Source: an uncultured Bacteroidales bacterium (GTDB lineage Bacteria; Bacteroidota; Bacteroidia; Bacteroidales; Paludibacteraceae). From it: DNA of 64,000 bases. The notes under the pieces were generated by a model. The model saw nothing but the letters and a program-made list of their open reading frames with translations, was not told the DNA's origin and ran no database searches. A program made the translations under genes and the position numbers. The DNA lies in contig CALCGX010000127.1 in the NCBI GenBank assembly GCA_937901225.1, forward strand, positions 12,643 to 76,642, given 5' to 3'. This document shows positions 58,569-64,000 of the stretch, in pieces (within the stretch, counting starts at the first letter, position 1; every line of letters begins with the position of its first letter).

Positions 58569-60263
58569 ATGCTTATGAAGACAAAAGACCTTATTGCTAA
58601 GCGGTTGCGTCGCGAGAAAGCGATGGAACGCAAGAATAGAAATAAACAACAAGTTGCCCAACAACGCACAACTACGGAGATGCGTGATGTGGAATATACA
58701 CTTCCTACAGGGTTCTCCGATGAGGTACTCAACGAAGTGAAGCAACTACCCAATCAGTCCATCTCGCAAAACGAGGTGATGCGTCGTCGTGATATGCGCG
58801 ATGTACTCACATTCACCATAGACCCCGATGAGGCAAAAGACTTTGATGATGCACTATCCTTCCAGATATTGGATACGGGTAATTATCAAGTAGGTATTCA
58901 TATTGCTGATGTCACCCACTATGTGCAAGAGCAGACAGCATTGGACGATGAGGCATATCAGCGAGGCACGAGTGTGTATTTGGTTGATCGGGTGATTCCA
59001 ATGCTACCCGAACGCTTGAGCAACGAGCTTTGTAGTCTGCGCCCCGATGAGGATAAACTTTGTATGTCGGTTATCGTGGAGATGGACCAACAAGCCAAAG
59101 TGATTCGCCATAAGATTTGCCGTACAGTGATTCGCTCCAACTACCGTTTGACCTATCGTCAAGCGCAAGAGTTGCTGGAGAATAGTTTACAGTTGAAAGT
59201 TGACAGTTTACAGTTGAAAGTTGACAGTGGACAGTTGAGAGAGGCATTGCAGGTGCTGAATGGATTGGCGAAGCAATTGCGTGCTAATCGTTTCCGCCAA
59301 GGAGCAATCAACTTCGAAACCCCTGAGGTGCATTTCCGTTTGGATGAGCACAATGAGCCCGTTGAGATATTTTTCCATAACTCGCTTGATACCAACCATC
59401 TGATAGAAGAGTTTATGTTGCTTGCCAATCGCATTGTGGCAACGGCGATAGGAAAAGTAAAAGGCGAAAATGCTAAGGAGAATGCGGAAAATGGAGAGGG
59501 TAAAAAGAGCGAAAAAGCTAAACCTATGGTATATCGTGTGCACGATAACCCCGATCCTGAGAAGATAGGGAAACTGAGTACGTTTATCAAGCGTTTTGGA
59601 TTAAATCTCAAAGTGTCGTCTAATAGCAAGACGACTCACAAGCATATCAATGCCTTGTTGGACGATTGTCAAGGTATGCCGTGTCAAACATTGGTAGAGA
59701 CCCTCACCATTCGCTCCATGGCGAAAGCAGTGTATTCGACGGATAATATTGGGCACTATGGTTTGGCGTTTCCATATTACACACATTTCACATCGCCTAT
59801 CCGTCGGTATCCCGATATGATGGTGCATCGTTTGGTGTCACGCTATTTGCTGCAATCGAAAGCGAAATGTCGTGCCGACAAAGAGGAGTTGGAGCAGGCA
59901 TGTGTACATTGTTCGGAGTGTGAGTTGGCAGCGCAAATGGCCGAGCGTGATTCCATCAAAGAGATGCATGCACGTTGGATTAGTAGCCATCTGGGCGAGG
60001 AGTTTGATGCGATTATTAGCGGAGTGACCGAATTTGGGTTGTTTGTACAACTCACTGACACCATGACCGAAGGTCTGGTGCCTATCCGCACCATTGAGCC
60101 ACATGATTATATGCAGTTTGATGAGGAGAACTATTGTTTGATTGCAGCTCGCAGTGGAAATACCTATACACTATCTGATAAGGTACGCGTGCGCGTAACA
60201 AAAGTGGATATCGAACGCAAATTGATAGACTTTGTACTGGTAGAGCACGAAGAATATCGTTGA
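58569..60263 (+). CDS. RNase R/RNase II-family 3'-5' exoribonuclease lacking the N-terminal cold-shock domains
   Basis: RNB motifs AKDFDDALS and HYGLAFPYYTHFTSPIRRYPD. C-terminal S1 domain (ISGVTEFGLFVQL). Only 564 aa, with a K/R-rich N-terminus. Confidence 0.85.
   Translation: MLMKTKDLIAKRLRREKAMERKNRNKQQVAQQRTTTEMRDVEYTLPTGFSDEVLNEVKQLPNQSISQNEVMRRRDMRDVLTFTIDPDEAKDFDDALSFQILDTGNYQVGIHIADVTHYVQEQTALDDEAYQRGTSVYLVDRVIPMLPERLSNELCSLRPDEDKLCMSVIVEMDQQAKVIRHKICRTVIRSNYRLTYRQAQELLENSLQLKVDSLQLKVDSGQLREALQVLNGLAKQLRANRFRQGAINFETPEVHFRLDEHNEPVEIFFHNSLDTNHLIEEFMLLANRIVATAIGKVKGENAKENAENGEGKKSEKAKPMVYRVHDNPDPEKIGKLSTFIKRFGLNLKVSSNSKTTHKHINALLDDCQGMPCQTLVETLTIRSMAKAVYSTDNIGHYGLAFPYYTHFTSPIRRYPDMMVHRLVSRYLLQSKAKCRADKEELEQACVHCSECELAAQMAERDSIKEMHARWISSHLGEEFDAIISGVTEFGLFVQLTDTMTEGLVPIRTIEPHDYMQFDEENYCLIAARSGNTYTLSDKVRVRVTKVDIERKLIDFVLVEHEEYR
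59184..59242 (+). repeat. 21-bp in-frame tandem duplication inside the RNB gene
   Basis: agtttacagttgaaagttgac occurs twice exactly (59184-59225) plus a degenerate third unit, encoding LQLKVDS LQLKVDS GQL. Confidence 0.85.
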
Positions 60264-60297
60264 ACTTTGATGCCCTAACAACTTTTTCCACTCAAAA

Positions 60298-60329
60298 TTT
60301 GCACATACGCAAATTTTGTTGTACCTTTG
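60298..60329 (+). promoter_or_regulatory. sigma-A promoter for 60347..61319
   Basis: TTTG (60298-60301), a 20-nt spacer, then TACCTTTG (60322-60329). Confidence 0.55.
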
Positions 60330-60346
60330 TACCCAAATCGGGTATT

Positions 60347-61105
60347 TTGAAATCAATTAAAACGATATTACTGGCTATGCTCTTGCTGCTTTCGCCTATG
60401 CTATGGGCGGAAGTGGTGACTTTGCGTACGGGACAAACGGTCAAGGGAGAAGTGCTATTGCAAAACGAAGAGGTAGTGATTGTACGCACCAAGAATGGTA
60501 TGCGTTATCAGTATCCAGCCAGCGAAGTGGTATCCATCAAGGCAGAAGAACTGGCAGCAAAAGAGGATGAATTAGCTGGTAAAAAACGCAATGTACGCGC
60601 TGTCAATATGCGTTTTCAACTCCATAGTGGAGCAGTATATGTCCCTCAAATGGGGTGGGGCGGTCAGGTGGCTGCGGATTGGATGGTAGGTTCGCGTATG
60701 ATTCAAGGTAAACGGTTGTTTGTAGGCGGTGGTATCGGCTATCGAGCAAAAATAATGCCTACTACTCTTGCAGATACAACATCTTCCAACACAACATATT
60801 CTTTTATTCCATTACAGGCAATGGTTTCCCTGCCATTGCTGGAGCATCAACATGCGCCAGTCATAGGGATTAGTGCAGGATATGGCTTTGCAGCCAATAA
60901 AGATACTCAAGGCGGTATATGCGTGGGAGTTGATTTGGGCTGGAATTATATAATCAATGAGCAATCCAGTTTGCAACTGAGCTTATATGCGGATTGGCAA
61001 CAAGCCAGAGCGAATGTGAAGCAGGTCGTAGCGGATAAAGAATATATTAACCATATGGGATGTAACTTTATCTCAATGGGTTTGAAATTAGCCATATTAT
61101 TTTAA
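60347..61105 (+). CDS. hypothetical secreted/outer-membrane protein
   Basis: The start is moved to in-frame TTG 60347 (MKSIKTILLAMLLLLSPMLWA signal peptide) because the promoter lies inside the ORF-track start at 60260. An alternative ATG is at 60377. The G/A/Y-rich C-terminal half ends in F, which is beta-barrel-like. Confidence 0.6.
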   Translation: MKSIKTILLAMLLLLSPMLWAEVVTLRTGQTVKGEVLLQNEEVVIVRTKNGMRYQYPASEVVSIKAEELAAKEDELAGKKRNVRAVNMRFQLHSGAVYVPQMGWGGQVAADWMVGSRMIQGKRLFVGGGIGYRAKIMPTTLADTTSSNTTYSFIPLQAMVSLPLLEHQHAPVIGISAGYGFAANKDTQGGICVGVDLGWNYIINEQSSLQLSLYADWQQARANVKQVVADKEYINHMGCNFISMGLKLAILF

Positions 61106-61115
61106 TCACCATAAG

Positions 61116-61319
61116 ATGAAAGCCGTAAAGAAGTTTCATAGCCAACCTGAGCGTCGCAAGCATCGCGTGAGTATCATGCTCAACGATAGTGAGAAGCGTG
61201 CGCTGGAGCGCTATTGCGATCAATATACGGTGAAGAATCGTTCGCGTTTGATACGTGAAACGCTGATGCGCAATATCTTAAAGCGCTTTGAGAAAGACTC
61301 TCCTACGTTGTTTGATTGA
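61116..61319 (+). CDS. small ribbon-helix-helix-like DNA-binding protein (67 aa)
   Basis: HRVSIMLNDSEKRALERYCDQYTVKNRSRLIRETLMRNIL fits a beta-strand/helix/helix RHH (CopG/MobC-like) pattern. It lies 10 nt after the preceding gene. Confidence 0.55.
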   Translation: MKAVKKFHSQPERRKHRVSIMLNDSEKRALERYCDQYTVKNRSRLIRETLMRNILKRFEKDSPTLFD

Positions 61320-61359
61320 CGACCCTTAGCCCATGGCCATCCTACGGGGAAAGTATTGG

Positions 61360-61417
61360 ATGGTAACAGCATGGTAATGGAATGGTAACGGAGTGGTATC
61401 GAGAAGTATAGCGGAAA
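61360..61417. repeat. 11/12-bp-period tandem array, copy C, with the shared TATAGCGGAAA box
   Basis: Units atggtaacagc, atggtaatgga, atggtaacggag and tggtatcgaga are followed by tatagcggaaa. That 11-mer is identical to the right flank of array B. Confidence 0.7.
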
Positions 61418-61512
61418 TACCCAACTTTTGAATGAGGAATTTTGAATGATGAATTGCTGCTGATTGCACGTATCGGCAGAGATGTAGAATAAATGATAAA
61501 TGATTATATAAC

Positions 61513-61542
61513 AAAATCGCCACTCAATCGAGTGGCGATTTT
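61513..61542. terminator. bidirectional terminator downstream of secDF
   Basis: A 12-bp perfect stem, aaaatcgccact / agtggcgatttt. Confidence 0.65.
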
Positions 61543-61563
61543 GATTACTATTGATTAGAATGA

Positions 61564-64000
61564 TTATTTCTCAGCTTTCTTAGCTTTGCGACGAGCGATA
61601 GCCTCTTGGATATCGTAAGCAAGAGGAGTAGCCACGCAGAGAGTTGAATAAGTACCAACGATCACACCCAACATCAATGCGAATACGAAACCGCGGATGG
61701 TCTCACCACCGAAGCAGAAGATTGCGAGCAATACCACAAAGGTGGACATAGAGGTTGAGAATGTACGGCTCAAAGTATCGTTCAACGCATTGTTCATGTT
61801 GAGCATGAGTTCGCGTTTTGGATATAGACCTTTATATTCGCGCACGCGATCGAAGACAACCACAGTATCGTTGATAGAGTAACCGATGATAGTCAAGATA
61901 GCAGCGATAAATGATTGGTCAATCTCCATAGAGAATGGCATTACCTTCCAGAGGAGCGCATATGCACCAAGCACAAAGAGTGCGTCGTGTGCCAAACCAA
62001 CCAATGCACCTACTGAAAATGCCACATTGCGGAAACGGAGCAATACATAGAGGAAGATACCGAGCAACGCTGCCAAGACTGCCCAAATAGCAGATTGGGT
62101 AATATCGTCAGCTACAGCAGGACCTACCTTTTGAGATTGCATAATACCTACTTCTGGGTTGATCTCGGTAGATTTGAACTCATCAAATGTTACATCTTCA
62201 GCCAAGAAAGGTTTGCAACCCTCGTAGAGCAATGCCTCAATGGTTGCCTCTACATTGTCAGAATTGTCGTTAATGAGGTAGTTGGTAGAGATACGTACTT
62301 GGTTAGCATCACCGATGGTGATTACATTGAGTGCGAAGTTCTCCTCGTCACCCAACTCAGCCTTAGCCGCCATGAAGACGTTATCCAAACTTGCATTTAC
62401 CTCCTCAGTATTCACATCTTGAGCAAAACGAACGATATAGTTGCGACCTCCTGAGAAGTCAATACCAAGGTTCAATTTACCGAAGAAATGTGGGTTAAGT
62501 GCCAAAGCACCCAAAACAACGATAATTCCAGAGATGATGTAAGTTACCTTACGACCACCGATGAAGTTCACCTTGGTGTTTTGCAAGAAGTTTTGCATCA
62601 ACTTGGTAGTGAAGTTCAACTCCTTAGCATTCTCTCTCTTAGCATAAGCCTCGAGCAACATACGGCAAACGAACACAGCGGTCAAGAAAGAAGACACGAT
62701 ACCAATCATGTATGTTACAGCGAAACCCTTGATAGGACCTGTACCGAAGATAGCCAAGATAGCACCTGTCAAGAATGAGGTAACGTTAGAGTCAATAATC
62801 GCAGAGATAGCACCGCTGAAACCATCCTCGATAGCTTTGCGCAAGCCCTTACCTGCACGACGCTCCTCGCGGATACGCTCGTAGATAAGTACGTTAGCAT
62901 CCACTGCCATACCCATGGTCAACACGATACCGGCGATACCAGGCAAGGTCAATACAGCGGAGAAAGAAGACAAGATACCTGCCAACAAGAATACGTTGCA
63001 GAGCAATGCAATATTAGCAAACATACCAGCGGTAAAGCCATAGTAGCAAATCATGTAGAGCATGATAAGGATAAAGCCCAACACGAAGCTCCACATACCT
63101 GCAGTGATAGCCTCTTGACCAAGTGATGGACCAACTACGTCCTCTTGGATAATGCGTGCAGGAGCAGGCATCTTACCAGAGTTCAAGGTGTTAGCCAAGT
63201 CCTTAGCCTCTTCTACGGTAAAGTTACCAGTGATTTGTGAGCTACCACCTGCGATCTCGTTTTGTACAGTTGGGAAGCTATATACATAGCCATCGAGTAC
63301 GATAGCGATAGATTTGCCAATATTGTCGCGTGTGATACGTTGCCAATCGCGTGCACCCTCAGCATTCATAGTCATACTTACGTTAGCGTAAGCAGATGTT
63401 TGACCGAAGTCAGCGCGAGCGTCAGTGATCACATCACCCTCGAGTGAAGGACGACCATTGGTTTGTGATTTCAACGCAACGAGTTGATAGAATGATTCTG
63501 CCGCATCAATAGCCTTCACAGTCCAGCAGAGCTTCAACTCGCGTGGAAGAACTGATTTAGCTACTTGAGAGTTGAGCATAGCCATTACCTTAGCGGTATC
63601 GCTGTAGTGAACAGTACCTACCACTGGACCACGGTATGCTTGACCTGCTTGGTTGACAGAAGGATTGAGAACTGCGAAGAGAGGATTGTTCTTCTTGTAC
63701 TCCTCTACAGCAGCTTGTTGGTCAGCCTCCAATTGTGCAAGGCTATCAGCAGCGAGATCCTCAACGAGCGCATCTACGTCATCAGCCACTACTTCCTCTT
63801 CCACCACCTCAACTTCTGCTACCTCAGCTTGAGCAGCCTCAGTGCTTGCGTTTGCCTTAGCTACCTCATTGTTGATTTGAGCTAATTGTGGAAGAATCTC
63901 AGAGAGGTCATATGTCTCCCAGAACTCAAGGTTAGCAGAACCTTGGAGCAGTTTACGTACACGCTCAGGCTCTTTGATACCAGGCAACTCAATGAGAATA
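61564..64000 (-). CDS. secDF: protein translocase subunit SecDF fusion (N-terminus beyond window end)
   Basis: Multi-TM SecD and SecF halves. The frame stays open to base 64000 (…ILIELPGIKEPERV), so the ATG at 63987 is internal. Confidence 0.88.
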   Translation of the reverse strand, partial: ILIELPGIKEPERVRKLLQGSANLEFWETYDLSEILPQLAQINNEVAKANASTEAAQAEVAEVEVVEEEVVADDVDALVEDLAADSLAQLEADQQAAVEEYKKNNPLFAVLNPSVNQAGQAYRGPVVGTVHYSDTAKVMAMLNSQVAKSVLPRELKLCWTVKAIDAAESFYQLVALKSQTNGRPSLEGDVITDARADFGQTSAYANVSMTMNAEGARDWQRITRDNIGKSIAIVLDGYVYSFPTVQNEIAGGSSQITGNFTVEEAKDLANTLNSGKMPAPARIIQEDVVGPSLGQEAITAGMWSFVLGFILIMLYMICYYGFTAGMFANIALLCNVFLLAGILSSFSAVLTLPGIAGIVLTMGMAVDANVLIYERIREERRAGKGLRKAIEDGFSGAISAIIDSNVTSFLTGAILAIFGTGPIKGFAVTYMIGIVSSFLTAVFVCRMLLEAYAKRENAKELNFTTKLMQNFLQNTKVNFIGGRKVTYIISGIIVVLGALALNPHFFGKLNLGIDFSGGRNYIVRFAQDVNTEEVNASLDNVFMAAKAELGDEENFALNVITIGDANQVRISTNYLINDNSDNVEATIEALLYEGCKPFLAEDVTFDEFKSTEINPEVGIMQSQKVGPAVADDITQSAIWAVLAALLGIFLYVLLRFRNVAFSVGALVGLAHDALFVLGAYALLWKVMPFSMEIDQSFIAAILTIIGYSINDTVVVFDRVREYKGLYPKRELMLNMNNALNDTLSRTFSTSMSTFVVLLAIFCFGGETIRGFVFALMLGVIVGTYSTLCVATPLAYDIQEAIARRKAKKAEK

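Noticed and set aside
61116-61523. The RHH protein as the antitoxin of a toxin-antitoxin pair.
   Set aside because: No toxin-like ORF is adjacent. The only neighbouring ORF (61326-61523, minus strand) is on the opposite strand, overlaps the repeat array and has no motif support.

Overview
This is a Bacteroidota-type chromosomal window. The evidence is a SusC/SusD pair, canonical TTTG-N20-TAnnTTTG promoters, a 286-aa primary sigma factor, and many C-terminal T9SS-like sorting tails. It is probably a Prevotellaceae-like organism, but that is inference only. All product calls rest on motifs recognised by eye, since no database search was possible.

Content: about 34 protein genes and 2 tRNAs. 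There is no rRNA, CRISPR array, transposase or integrase.

Housekeeping genes: surE (5' partial), lpxB, a U32 peptidase, rpoD, tRNA-Arg(TCT), trxA, a ClpA/C-type ATPase, a C-N hydrolase, nfeD-like/floA, topA, tRNA-Pro(CGG), an RNase R-like RNB enzyme and secDF (partial).

Accessory content:
(1) A SusC/SusD operon at 7576-20181 is translationally coupled to a 1256-aa secreted N-acetylmuramoyl-L-alanine amidase fusion. It is flanked by a GH20 hexosaminidase, a GHL10-like hydrolase, a DUF1343/NamZ-like exo-muramidase and an SSS symporter. I read this as a candidate peptidoglycan/muropeptide utilisation locus.
(2) A second, rearranged paralogous amidase/propeller locus lies at 49781-58430. It shows a gene fission and shuffling of two uncharacterised modules. 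One of these, here called module X, also occurs in the SusD-adjacent lipoprotein.
(3) Two giant T9SS-type surface proteins (1598 and 2220 aa) are each preceded by a small ORF ending in a motif-TM-basic tail.

Unexplained non-coding or embedded structure:
- A family of 11-bp-period tandem arrays with conserved flanks (5724-5798, 42222-42328, 61360-61417).
- A GC-rich palindromic element embedded in-frame in two unrelated genes.
- A G8 tract exactly at the body/secretion-tail junction of one cargo gene.
- A 20-bp cassette carrying stop codons in all six frames next to start codons.

No recognisable defence or mobile system is present. The novelty claims are hypotheses that need database and experimental checks.
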